A DNA stretch of 64,000 nt from Octopus bimaculoides (Eukaryota): contig NC_068988.1 in NCBI RefSeq assembly GCF_001194135.2, positions 32,196,940 through 32,260,939 on the forward strand, given 5' to 3'. Below the pieces are notes generated by a model. It searched no databases. It was given only the letters and a program-made list of their open reading frames with translations, and was not told where the DNA came from. This document shows, in pieces, positions 1 through 12,685 of this stretch. Every line of letters begins with the position of its first letter. The first letter of the stretch is position 1. The position numbers and the translations under genes were made by a program.

Positions 1-445
1 TAACGATCTGGAAATAGAAATTGACAAAATGTGGAACCTCAAGATAAAAACAATACCTGTTTCCATAAATGCCCTAGGAATGACACCAGAAGATGCTGAT
101 TGCTAGCTATCCCAGATATCAGGAAATACAAATATGGAAGAAATTTAAACCTATTGCTGCTTATATCTTACGAAAAATGTTGTCCATGTAATCCCCAAAA
201 TATTTAATATGTGAACAGTGCCAAAATACTTTTAAATTTACATAATAGCCAACACGGAAGTGTGATATAATGATGACAGTAAAATTTCTAGTTTTCTCAG
301 ACATTCTCAAGAACAATAATTTGTGCAAAACCAAGAATATCGAAACCTAGTCATAACACCAACTTGATCTTCTAACTTGTTGCGTTCAACTTGTACAAAT
401 ACAATGCAAACGCCAAACATATCATAATACTAATAATCATAATAT
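1..445 (+). mobile_element. R4/Dong-clade non-LTR retrotransposon, 3' end (RLE C-terminus + 3'UTR)
   Basis: Translates DLEIEIDKMWNLKIKTIPVSINALGM, the typical R4/Dong C-terminal EIxKMW..K..IPV..GALG motif. Aligns by eye with the copy at 22391-22927 and ends in a degenerate TAA tail. Confidence 0.8.
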
Positions 446-1691
446 ACACACATATATACGTAAATACACACACATATACACACACACACATACACACATA
501 CACACACATATATATATATATATTTAGTGCTACGAAATTTATTTTCAAAGGCAGCCACTGTATGTATATGTACACCCAAATACCAATACACGTATTTGAA
601 ATACACACTGTGTGCTCTTTTAATCGAGACAAATATAAAGCACACAAAGAAAAGTAAGAATGCGTTTCTACCTATGTTCAATTATAAACTTAGAGGACTT
701 ATAGGGCAATGAGATTGATGCTTCATAACTGGTCTTCACTAACATACGCTAAAGGAAATGATGAAGTGAAGCGACAAAAAGCGCTATATCCATATTTCGA
801 TACTGCAAACTATTTAATTTACATGATGCATTACACATTCTGATGAATGAATTATTCCAACTATGCCTGCGATTGATTACATGTATAATTTTGTCTTATA
901 ACATTCAATGTTGGGCTACATATGCAACAACAACATAAATGCTGACCTGTAAACGTATATGAAATAATAATAGTTTGTCACACTAACGTTTTGTATAACA
1001 ATGCTAACTGTTTATAGACCGCTTGTATAAACATGAAAAGCAAGAAAAATTGAAAGACTAATACTAAATTGTCAATAACATCGACTCTGACATGAATCGT
1101 CTATTGTAAGTTATATTCAGCATTTGGTAATTAACGTCAAAGTAAATTCAATATGGCGCCTGCTACTCATTATTCTACTCTAAACTTTCAGTTCAGTCCG
1201 TGTCTTTGTAAAGCATTATAGGCTTATCTCCCTTGCACATTTATTTGCATTGGAAAGCCGCGTAACACCGCTCGGCAGGAGATTTGAAGAGGATTATTCA
1301 AAACAACGGGACAGAAAGAAAAACAGCATTTCACCAATAAATTCAGATAAATGACACGCGCATTATTTTCGATGGCTAAATACATTTTTTTTCTCATCTG
1401 GTTTTCCTTTATCCTAACAATTACAAACGCATTCTTATTGAGCTTTCAGTCTCCAACCGCATAAATATTTCTATCTCCTCATGGTTTTACCTAATACAAA
1501 CTCGGTCTGAAATAAGAAGAGGTTTTATAAGATTTATTTGCATAATATTATTGAATGTAGATATTTATTTCTAAAATATATTATACATACAGAATGCATA
1601 CATATATATATATACTCAAANNNNNNNNNNNNNNNNNNNNNNNNNNNNNNNNNNNNNNNNNNNNNNNNNNNNNNNNNNNNNNNNNNNNNNN

Positions 1692-1758
<67 letters not shown>

Positions 1759-3008
1759 GTATGTGTGTCTATGTCTGTATATATGTATGTATGTGAATAT
1801 TATATATATGGTGTGTGTATGTATTAGAGAGTTTATAAGTGCGTGTGTGCATATACGTATATATTTCTGCATGTTTGTAGGTATATATATATATATATAT
1901 ATAGGGTTTAAAGTGCCCATAATCTCTGTGTTATATCCAATAATTGCTTTTCAAATCCCCAACGTGTCACCGAGTAACAACCGACAGGCCATTACAAAAA
2001 TTCAACAACTATCAAATAAAACTTTTTATTGACGTTCAGACCTGGCGTTTCAACGTAGAGAATATCGTAACTATTATTATGTTGTTTTGTTTTCTAATGG
2101 GTACGATAAATTTGCTAATTTTATTTCATTTTGCATAAAGCTGTGGTTGAGTTTAAGTCAAAAATGTAAAAAAAGATTTTTAATGAATTTTTCGGGTCGT
2201 AAATCATCCTTCATATATTTTATTATATAATATTATTTTTAATTCATAAAGCCAAAATTAATTTATTTTTCATTTAGATTACAATAACTATTATATGCAT
2301 AAAATATTTAAGGTAGGATTTGTGGCTTAAGGATTGTTTTAAATAGTGTGACTATGTGCTATATTGCATTTCGCAGTATGCGTGGTATCTTCTGTATAGC
2401 GTAGAGGTGACTAGTAATTTGTGACCAAAATAAAATAAATTTAAACTATGTAGAATATCTTTTCATTACACACACATTCATGATTATCCGACGTCTCATG
2501 TCTTCGATAACAAGACTCAGTTATCAGAGGAATAAATGTGTATGTGATTAACAATTTCAGAAACGGCTATATTTAAATAAATTTTCAGGGAGAAGCAGCT
2601 CGGAAAACAGTGCATTCAAATTGTAAATGCAATTCATGAAATTGTTATCTAATAGTTGGCTATTATCTTCGCCTGTTCCCCTACCTCAAAAAACAACACC
2701 CTTTCTTTAATTTTTTTTTCGACAGAAACGCTCCTTTTCGTCTACGGGGAATACGATTCTGCAAGAAAACGAGCAAAAATCGACAGTTCTAAATTACTCT
2801 TACCCCCACCCCAATTTTTTCTTCATTTTCAACTGTTTTCAGAATTGTTTTTTTCAATATATGCGGAAAAATACGGGGGTTATGATTCTGAAAAACATTT
2901 TCAAAAATCTTTTTAAAGTGCGTTTTTAAGAAATTTTTTTTTCTAAATATGCGGGAAAATACGAACGTTATGATTCGGACAAACATTTCGAAACATTTCT
3001 GTACGTAC

Positions 3009-3245
3009 GGTTACGGTTTTAGGGTTAGGGTTAGGGTTAGGGTTAGGGTTTAAGGGTTAGGGTTAGGGCTTTAGGGTTAGGGTTAGGGTTTTAGGGTTAG
3101 GGTTAGGGTTTCAAGGTTAGGGTTTTAGGGCTAGGGTCAGGGTTTAAGGGTTAGGGTTAGGGCTTTAGGGTTAGGGTTAGGGCTTAGGGTTAGGGCTAGG
3201 GTTTTAGAGTGAAGGTTAGGGTTAGGGCTAAGGTTTTAGGGTTAG
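3009..3245 (+). repeat. Interstitial telomeric (TTAGGG)n array with variant units
   Basis: Direct reading: TTAGGG units mixed with TTTTAGGG, CTTTAGGG, CTAGGG and TTTAAGGG. A 43-nt block is identical at 3046-3088 and 3140-3182. Confidence 0.95.
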
Positions 3246-3818
3246 TTTGAATGAGAAACTGTAACTAAGGATGAAGATAATTAACTCCACAAAGAGCTGA
3301 ATGAAGAGATACAACATAATGAAAGTTTTGGCTGTCTGTCATCCTGTAGTCCCCTTGTTGCTGTGTGAGCAACTGATTATTTTAATGGTGGAACAAAGAG
3401 GCGATTTGCATTAGAAAAAGTTTTAATCGATTTTCTCGGTACGTATGTATGTGTGCTAGTAAAATAATAGAAGTGGCATTAATTAGTCGATGTTAAGATT
3501 TGCTTTAAAAGTTAGAAAATATTTGACATTACAATCATCACTATAAAATGAAGCTGTAAGAATTTATGGGGAAATTGTATGTAAGAAATAAAGCAGAAAT
3601 GGTTTGTAACTGTACTGCGAAAGTTCTGCAACTTACTAGCATACGTATCAAATTTAAGAAAAGTGAAGATAAAAGCTAAGTAGCAATGTATGGAATAAGT
3701 CATTGTTATACACTTATAGAAAAAATAGACACGTACCTGTTTAGAGAAGAAAATGTAGCTGAGAGCTATTGAGTAGAAATTGAAAGAAGATACATGAAAT
3801 GGACGTGTGTGTGTGTGT

Positions 3819-3869
<51 letters not shown>

Positions 3870-4395
3870 TGCGGATAATTTGGCGGGAGTTTTGCAGTTT
3901 ATCTCTCGAGTGGAATTGTGAATTTGTCTGTAGTAGCAATGGCCGGACAATTGAAAATATTTTCATATGTGATTGGGGAAAAAAAGGGATCTTTTGAAGT
4001 CGGCGTGAAAGGAAAAATTGACAGAGAGATTGCGGTTGTATGAGTGAAGTTCTTTTGAGTTGCGTGAGATGGAAGAATTGATGTGCGTGCGTGTGGGTGT
4101 TTGTGTTTGTGAGTGTGCGTTTGTGTTTGATGGAGTGTGCGAGACAGAATATGTGGTGTGTATATTAATTGCTTTTGTGAGTGTGTGAAGAGACAGAGAG
4201 AGTAATGTGGACGGTGTGTGTGTGTGTATGAGAGAGAGAGAGAGAGAAAGAGAAAGAGGGAGAGAGATAACTGAAATTTACATTCAGTTTTTGTAGTGAG
4301 TGATTGACAGAGAGATATAGAGAGTGGTTATATATGCATTATGTATGTATGTATGTATGTATGAATGGCTTCAATGGCACACACTCACACACGCT

Positions 4396-4573
4396 GTTTT
4401 AATCGATTTTCTCGGTAAATATGTGGACTAGGAAAAAATGCAAACCGAATTCCAATCTATGTACCGTCTCCACATGTGTGTCATTTTTCACTCGAATTCA
4501 CCCAGCCGTCTGGCTGTGAACCTGAAGACAAGAAGGAATACAACGATCGCGTATGTCAAATTTATATTATAGA
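4396..4573 (-). mobile_element. Putative non-autonomous Helitron (Lep1-like) 5' end
   Basis: Minus strand begins A|TCTATAATATAAA and contains ACGGCTGGGTGAATTCGAGTGAAAAATGACACACATGT, resembling Lep1-type Helitron cores as recalled (unverified). No 3' hairpin found. Confidence 0.4.
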
Positions 4574-4624
4574 TATACATATATAATGTAACAATCTAAG
4601 GGAGAGAGTATATAAGTGATAGCC

Positions 4625-4725
4625 TTACAAAAAATAAGTCCAGGGTTAGATTTCTTTCGATAAAGGTGTCGTTCCAGCATGGTCGCAGTCAAAAGGCTGA
4701 AACAAGTGAAAGAATAGAAGGATAC
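4625..4725 (+). mobile_element. SINE 3' tail fragment
   Basis: CCAGCATGGTCGCAGTCAAAAGGCTGAAACAAGTGAAAGAATAGAAG tail; a related fragment lies in reverse at ~38545-38572. Confidence 0.55.
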
Positions 4726-4760
4726 AGAATACAGAAATGTAAATAGGTATTATGTAGGTA

Positions 4761-4831
4761 TGTTCAAGGTGCCGCGGAGTGGGATTGAATCCAGAACCGT
4801 GTGATTTGGAAACAAGCTTCTTGACACAGCC
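4761..4831 (-). mobile_element. tRNA-derived SINE head (same family as 31906)
   Basis: Reverse complement GGCTGTGTCAAGAAGCTTGTTTCCAAATCACACGGTTCTGGATTCAATCCCACTCCGCGGCACCTTG matches the head at 31906; contains a B-box-like motif. Confidence 0.65.
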
Positions 4832-4887
4832 TTAAATAAAATTTTGTTGGTAGAGTATATCATCCAATATTCCCTGCTCTTTCCCGC

Positions 4888-4951
<64 letters not shown>

Positions 4952-5167
4952 CATATAAAGTAACAAACCGAGGAAGTAAGTTCCTTCAAATAGGTGTGTT
5001 AAACATCCAGTTGACACGTGTGTCAGTTGAATAACATATAAATATGGGTATAATACAATTCCAAAGATAAATCAAATAGAGAGATACTATTGACAATCCA
5101 TTAATTTACTTATATTATATCAGTCTATTATAATATTACATGATATACATATATACAATAACAGTTC

Positions 5168-5198
<31 letters not shown>

Positions 5199-5754
5199 AG
5201 CCACTTCAGAGTCATGGTTTAAAGATAGACAAAATTCCGTGTGAAACGACGGGTGGATTGTAAAAATTAATTCAAATGTCTATGTATTATGAAATGACAA
5301 TTGTAATTAAATAACAAAAAAAAACACTCTAACGGCCGATACAACCAAGTAAGTGCAATCTACAACCATCGAAATTCACTTCATTACATCTCAAACACAT
5401 ACCATTCGAAACCTGTTCATGACCAGGAGAGTCCCTCGTCACAACAACATACAGCAATAAGATAGGTGTGTATATATATGCATATAATTAAGTATCTAAA
5501 TCTTTCCCTGTCTAGAACTGCAACAAAAATATATAAACAATTACATCATCAATGCAACAATTCTTGTATTTAAATTAATTAATATTTAAAATATTGTTTA
5601 AATTAACTAATAATAATCGTTTATCTTATTGGTTCTTTTAATAATAGTTCATGTTATACAATATTATGTATATGAAAGTGGTGGATAGGAAAATGAATAG
5701 CCATTCTCTCTCTCTTTTACTCTACCCATCTTTCTATCTGTCTTACTATCAATA

Positions 5755-5811
<57 letters not shown>

Positions 5812-6229
5812 GTCTGACTGTCTGTCTGGATGTCTGGATGTCTATCTATCTGCTTATCCATGTTCCATTGTCTCAATAGCCTCACCCCACAAAACAAAAC
5901 AAAATCAATGTTCTCTTATTTCAAAAACCCCCCAAAAAAACATGTTTTAAATAAATAAGCAAGATTTCTGTATTTTCACAGAATTATATTTGACAAGTTC
6001 GAAAGACGAACGAAAGCGTTAATATGGAAATGAATGTATAAAATAAATGAAAGCAGTTTTTTCCAAAATTCTGACGACATCTTTTTTTCAAAATTTAATT
6101 GTGCACATCACACCTAACACTCTACACATACATATATACATATATACACATATGCGTCTGTTTATACATACACGTTTATGCATATATATACATGCATATA
6201 TACGTGCATATATATGCATATCACCCACT

Positions 6230-6345
6230 AATCCTTTTCTATTTTCTATCCCTGTTTATTTCTGTGTTCCTTTCTGTAGAAGAGCGTAGGCTCGAAACGT
6301 AAAAGACTTTCTCACTTTCTGATCGTTAGACAAATACATCTGTGT
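6230..6345 (+). mobile_element. Penelope-like terminal repeat fragment with minimal hammerhead-like motif
   Basis: CTTT-CTGTAGA-A-GAGC-GTAG-GCTC-GAAAC-GTA-AAAG. The downstream AAAGACTTTCTCAC... recurs at 56469. Confidence 0.55.
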
Positions 6346-7658
6346 TCGGGTTTTGATTTTTTAAAATCTTTTTCTATAAATTCTAACTATATATGTATAC
6401 ATACATATATATGCATATGTATGTATATATGTGTGTATTTGTATATACACACATAGCGACGTATATATTTAGATATATGTGTGTGCTGTGTATGTATACA
6501 TGCACAATACATATATGTATATACATACATATATATACATATATATATATANNNNNNNNNNATATATATATATACATATATATATATATAAATATATACA
6601 TATATATGTGTGTGCATGTGTTGTGTATGTATGCATATACATTTATACAAATATATACATGCATAGATACGTGCATACGTTCAAGAACACACACATATAC
6701 ATGTATATATACACATATATATATGGGTGTGTGTGTGTCTGTGTATGTGCATGTGATCATGAAGTGCATCATGTTCATCTTACTCTACACACATTTGTGA
6801 ATATGTAACTCAATATGTATGTATATATTGAATTTGTAAGCTATAACACCATATTTCAACTAAAAAATACGTGTCTTAAATATATACGATATTCCCGTTC
6901 ATTCTTCACTATATATAGTTACTTTCTGTTAATTTTTATTCCTTGAGATAATTTATAATACATTTATTTTGTTCATGTGAATTATTTTTGTTTATAAGTC
7001 TTGTGAAACAAACAGATTGACAGCTACGTATAAAACACATTGTAAATTCTTGNNNNNNNNNNNNNNNNNNNNNNNNNNNNNNNNNNNNNNNNNNNNNNNN
7101 NNNNNNNNNNNNNNNNNNNNNNNNNNNNNNNNNNNNNNNNNNNNNNNNNNNNNNNNNNNNNNNNNNNNNNNNNNNNNNNNNNNNNNNNNNNNNNNNNNNN
7201 NNNNNNNNNNNNNNNNNNNNNNNNNNNNNNNNNNNNNNNNNNNNNNNNNNNNNNNNNNNNNNNNNNNNNNNNNNNNNNNNNNNNNNNNNNNNNNNNNNNN
7301 NNNNNNNNNNNNNNNNNNNNNNNNNNNNNNNNNNNNNNNNNNNNNNNNNNNNNNNNNNNNNNNNNNNNNNNNNNNNNNNNNNNNNNNNNNNNNNNNNNNN
7401 NNNNNNNNNNNNNNNNNNNNNNNNNNNNNNNNNNNNNNNNNNNNNNNNNNNNNNNNNNNNNNNNNNNNNNNNNNNNNNNNNNNNNNNNNNNNNNNNNNNN
7501 NNNNNNNNNNNNNNNNNNNNNNNNNNNNNNNNNNNNNNNNNNNNNNNNNNNNNNNNNNNNNNNNNNNNNNNNNNNNNNNNNNNNNNNNNNNNNNNNNNNN
7601 NNNNNNNNNNNNNNNNNNNNNNNNNNNNNNNNNNNNNNNNNNNNNNATATATATATAC

Positions 7659-7693
<35 letters not shown>

Positions 7694-7841
7694 TATATAT
7701 ACAGACATATATAGATACATAAAATCGTGTGCGTGTATAAATATGTATATATATATGTGTGTGTGTATATATACACATATAAGTATATCATTGTGTGTAT
7801 ATATATGTATATATATATTTATATATATGTATATATATATA

Positions 7842-7874
<33 letters not shown>

Positions 7875-8757
7875 ATATATATATAATTGTTATGTTCTTT
7901 CATTTATAAAACTGAATACGAACCATATTTAATGTATTTGTACTCAATATTGAAATGTTATTTTCTGTCAGACTGACGAAATTAAATTTCAGGGGAAGAA
8001 AATGAAGAAAAAATGCATGATGAATTATAGACCGGCTTGCAGTTTGAAATGGAAAGAAAAGCAGCTACTCGCACGTCTAAAATATAAATGAATAAACAAC
8101 TACATCAACACTAACATATAATGCTCATTTTAGTAGCCATATTCGAATGATATATGGCGAATTATCCTACAAGTAATTTGATTTCGGAGTGTATTCCGGA
8201 TTTTGTCGAAATTCCTAGCTTGAAAATTTCAATAGAGTAACAGAAAACTACACAGCCAGAAAAGAAAATAACTCTTTCTTATCTTTTCAATTTTAATATC
8301 CTTATATAAAAGTAAAAGGCAATTTCTTGTTTTATTTATATTAATTTTTTTTATTTTGTGGAAACAAGCCTTTGATCCTCCATACTCCATGGTTTCGATC
8401 TATATATTTTTCTTAGTCTTATTTTTTCGTTTCTTTGTATCTTTCATATCTACACCTACACTATTATCATATTTCCTGTTTGATTCGTGATATTTATGGA
8501 TTTCCTTCTCGTTCTGGCACAGTTATTGCTTACAACAGCATTGCTCTCGATAATGTCTTTATTATCATCATTTTCATCGGCTATCACCGATGTCGTAGTG
8601 AAACCCGTCCTCATCCCTTTCTTCTTCTTCTCCTCCTCCTCCTCCTCAGCTCCTCAGCTTAGTTATAATCATTAAAACTAGCATCACAACCGACAAAGTG
8701 AAACTAAACAACACCACCAATACCACCACAATCACCACGACTAGCATGTTTACTGCT

Positions 8758-8783
8758 CTCTTCTTCTTCTTCTTCTTCTTCTT

Positions 8784-8818
<35 letters not shown>

Positions 8819-8837
8819 TCTTCTTCTTCTTTTTCTT

Positions 8838-8868
<31 letters not shown>

Positions 8869-8957
8869 TTTTTCTTCTTCTCCTTCTTCTTCCTACTTTT
8901 CTTCTTCTTCTTCTTACTTTTCTTCTTCTTCTTCTTACTTTTCTTCTTCTTCTTCTT

Positions 8958-8992
<35 letters not shown>

Positions 8993-9066
8993 TCTTCTTC
9001 TNNNNNNNNNNTCTTCTTCTTCTTACTTTTCTTCTTCTTCTTCTTACTTTTCTTCTTCTTCTTCTT

Positions 9067-9101
<35 letters not shown>

Positions 9102-9509
9102 TCTTCTTCTTACTTTTCTTCTTCTTACTTTTCTTCTTCTTCTTCTTACTTTTCTTATTCTTCTTACTTTTCTTCTTCTTCTTACTTTTCTTCTTCTTCT
9201 TACTTTTCTTCTTCTTCTTACTTTTCTTCTTCTTCTTCTTACTTTTCTTCTTCTTCTTANNNNNNNNNNTACTTTTCTTCTTCTTCTTACTTTTCTTCTT
9301 CTTCTTCTTCTTACTTTTCTTCTTCTTCTTACTTTTCTTCTTCTTCTTCTTCTTACTTTTCTTCTTCTTCTTACTTTTCTTCTTCTTCTTCTTCTTCATC
9401 TTCTTCTTACTTTTCTTCTTCTTTTTCTTCTTCTTCTTCTTCTTCTTACTTTTTCTTCTTATTCTTCTTCTTCTTCTTGCTTTTCTTCCTCTTCTTCTTC
9501 TTCTTACTT

Positions 9510-9540
<31 letters not shown>

Positions 9541-10150
9541 TCTTCTTCTTCTTCTTCTTCTTACTTTTCTTCTTCTTCTTCTTTTTACTTTTCTTCTTCT
9601 TCTTCTTCTTCTATTTCTTCTTCTTACTTTTCTTCTTCTTCTTCTTCTTCTTTTTCTCCTTCTTTTTCCCCTTCTTATTCTTTTCCTCCTTTTTCTTCCT
9701 CTTCTTACTTTTCTTCTTCTTCTTCTTCTTATTCTTTTTCTTCCTCCTCCTGCTCCTATACTTCTTCCTCCCGCTTCTTCTTCCCCTTCTTTCTCTTTCC
9801 CTTCTCCTTTTCCCCTCCCCTTCTTTCTCCTCCTTCTCTTCCTCTTTCCCTTCTCCTTTTCCCCTCCCCTTCTTTCTTTTCCTTCTCTTCTTCTTCTTCT
9901 TCTTCTTCTTCTTCCTCCTCTTTCTCCTATTCTTCTCCTTCATCTATCTCCTATTCTTTTCCCTCCCGCTTCTACTTCCCCTTCTTCCTCTTTTCCTTCA
10001 CCTTTTCCCCTCCCTTCTTTCTTCTCCTTCACTTCCTCCTCTTCCTCCTCATCCACCACTCCACTTCATCCTCTACCTCCTCTTCCTCCCACTTCTTTCT
10101 TCACACCTCCTCTCACCCTCCCTCCGCCCTCATCCTCCTCCTCCTCCTCC
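8758..10150. repeat. (TTC)n array with periodic TTACTT interruptions grading into a CT-rich tract
   Basis: Direct reading; almost purely pyrimidine on the + strand, with two 10-nt N gaps. Confidence 0.95.
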
Positions 10151-10206
10151 AGGTTATCATCATTTTCCTCGTCGCTTTTCTTCATCGTCGCAGTTGTTGT
10201 CTATTC

Positions 10207-10208
10207 CG

Positions 10209-10264
<56 letters not shown>

Positions 10265-10465
10265 CATTATTATTGTCTTTGGTGTTGGTGTTGTTGCTTT
10301 GTTGGTTGCGGTAGTGGTCATGATGTTGTTGTTGTTCCTGTTTTTTCTATTATCATAATCATCTTTATTGTAGTTGTTGTTGTTGTTAATATTATTATTG
10401 TTATTATCATTATTGTTGTTGTTGTTATTATTATTATTATCATCATCATTATTATTATTATTATG
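10207..10465. repeat. (TTA)n/(TTG)n compound microsatellite
   Basis: Direct reading. Confidence 0.9.
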
Positions 10466-12503
10466 AAGAAAACAGATTTCTGTGATTATTTAAGACACGG
10501 TTATAAAAGTAATATATTGCACTAATAATTAACAAGAAACTGACAACATAAAAGCAAAATTGGGAAAACTAAACAAAACAAAACAAAACAGAACTTTGAT
10601 GGATGAAAAAAAAGAAAACGAAAATCAAGTATTTTATAAAATGGTAGAAAAAATATCAGAAAATAGGAATGAAACAAAACACGAACGAAATTAAAAGAAA
10701 AAAAAGATAGAAAATATTATGGCGTTCATTTATTCACCTTGTCAAAAGTAAGTGATATAAAGATTGAAACCACATGAAAAATTGCGTTCAATTTGGCTGT
10801 TTATTAAAATGGTTTCTCTACGATCAGATTTACTGAGGTAGAACGGCGGTCTGCAACTAATTTAGGACAGAAGGAAACAGTTTTTCGTCGTGTTGGGGTT
10901 GAAGAGGAGAAATGTTTCGAGATTCGTTTTAATGTCTATAAATATTTTTTTTTAATAAATGTCTGTTACTCTATATCACGAGAAAGTTTTATATTCGGAT
11001 AACATGACTAAATCTACTATTATGTAATTCTTGATATATATTCTTACTACAAGAAAATTATTTGAATAGTACGGATAACATATTCTTAACGATATGTTCG
11101 TAGAAATATTAATGATTGTTGAACAATTGGATAGGGTATTTTAGATTTATTTTTATTTTTGGTATATTAGTTTCTACATCATTTTTTAAATAGTTATGTG
11201 TCATAGATAATAATTTTTCTTTTCTACTGTTTCATAAAATCAATACTTTTCCCAAAACCCTTAATAGTTCCCATCAGAATATGAATAATTTTCTTTTCGT
11301 TCTCTTGAAACAGTGACTGCTCAATCTCCAGTAAAACGTTTGTACGCTATTTAATTTGAGTGCTTAACATATGTGAAATAGTTGTTGTCCTTTAATATTT
11401 TACACTGATTTCAATATCCTTATATTATATTGGTTCATATTTAAACAAATTAACGTAAGACTGTTCACATACTCCAATAATACGTGGCATTACCAACATT
11501 TTCCTAGAAATTCGACAGTTACTAAGCACTTTACAAAATATATCACTGATAAATGATATACTATTACAATTAATAAAAAAAAAAGTATTCAGCATTGTTT
11601 TTACACATTGTCTATGAATATTTCCTATACTTTTATTTAACGTTACTACTACAAATTTTCAATGATTATATCCTGTACCAGAGCCTAAACTAGCCATGTG
11701 ATGTCTCCCTGCGTTATTATGTCAGTTTTTTGTCTTTTTGAAAGATTGTGTTTCGGTATTTGACGCCTTCTATAACCCTAAAAGTTTACCTGTCTCAAGT
11801 GTTTATATTATCTCAAATTTCTCAATTTAACGATGTAAAATCCGATATATTATGTGTTCTTAATTAAATTCGGCTAACATGTTTTCCTTATTTTATCACT
11901 TACATATTAAATTTGAATTCTGTACGTTGCACTATAACGTTTATACTTAAAGTGCGAAAGCCTTCGAATTTGAAATACCAAAATTGTTTTTCTTTTTAAA
12001 TATCTTACCAAGTTTGGTAAAAACGTGAGTATGCATTATGAATCCCACTAGAATGTTGAATGATTTCGGCTAAAAGTGGTGTTAGATTTCTTCAGTTTGG
12101 ATGACATACTTTTAAAAAAATTAAAATAAAGGTTATTTTCCTTACTTATATGAAATTGTTCATCGATATTTAATATAGGAAATTGTTTCCTCCCAAAACA
12201 TTAAAATAGTCATAACTCTAATGTAGATATTATGCTAGTATATGATCACATGCATAAAATAATTGCTTACAATTAAAACTAGTACATTACGTAAAAATAT
12301 TTAGCCACGTAATTGAATAAAAGTCTATATTTGCTTATGAATTTTTTTGATACAAAGAACATTTGAAGTATGACACTATTCATACTGAGATATACAAATT
12401 CGTCCACGGGTTACGTTTGTTGTCTATAAACACTATTAATAGATTAAGTAGTATCGTACATTCCGTTAGAAATTTGGCATATTTTGTGTTCAACCAAATG
12501 CAG

Positions 12504-12685
12504 ATCGAGATTTCAGACATGATCACAGACACAATACGTGAATCTTTGGAGAAATACCAAGCAGGTTAATATATGAATGTATTATGGAGTTTTAGGATAA
12601 AACTAAATTAAGAATTAGGTTCTTCATAAATTCTATGCTTTATGTAGAGGCATATCGTGGGAGAATTGAATACAAACAAACATAA
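12504..12685 (+). CDS. Candidate last two coding exons (12504-12564, 12648-12685) of an unidentified gene
   Basis: cag|IEISDMITDTIRESLEKYQA-G|gttaat, 83-nt intron, tag|AG-AYRGRIEYKQT*. Phases are compatible (G|AG = Glu). The donor is weak and no homologue was recognised. Confidence 0.3.

Noticed and set aside
2372-2415. Plus-strand Helitron 3' end (CGCA-GTA-TGCG hairpin, CTAGT at 2411)
   Set aside because: The hairpin is only 4 bp and lies ~29 nt from CTAG; no matching 5' end identified.
3009-3245. True chromosome end
   Set aside because: Short, degenerate and flanked by ordinary sequence on both sides.
8698-10358. 538-aa and poly-Lys/Ser ORFs resembling basic or structural proteins
   Set aside because: They follow automatically from the stop-free (TTC)n/CT tract; no splice or start context.
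12013-12024. 12-nt microexon candidates here (ccaag|TTTGGTAAAAAC|gtgagt) and near 61949-61960
   Set aside because: Such short AG..GT windows occur often by chance; untestable without RNA data.
12504-12685. Resemblance of the candidate exon peptide to the PACRG C-terminus
   Set aside because: Only a loose pattern that needs a gap; too weak for a gene symbol.
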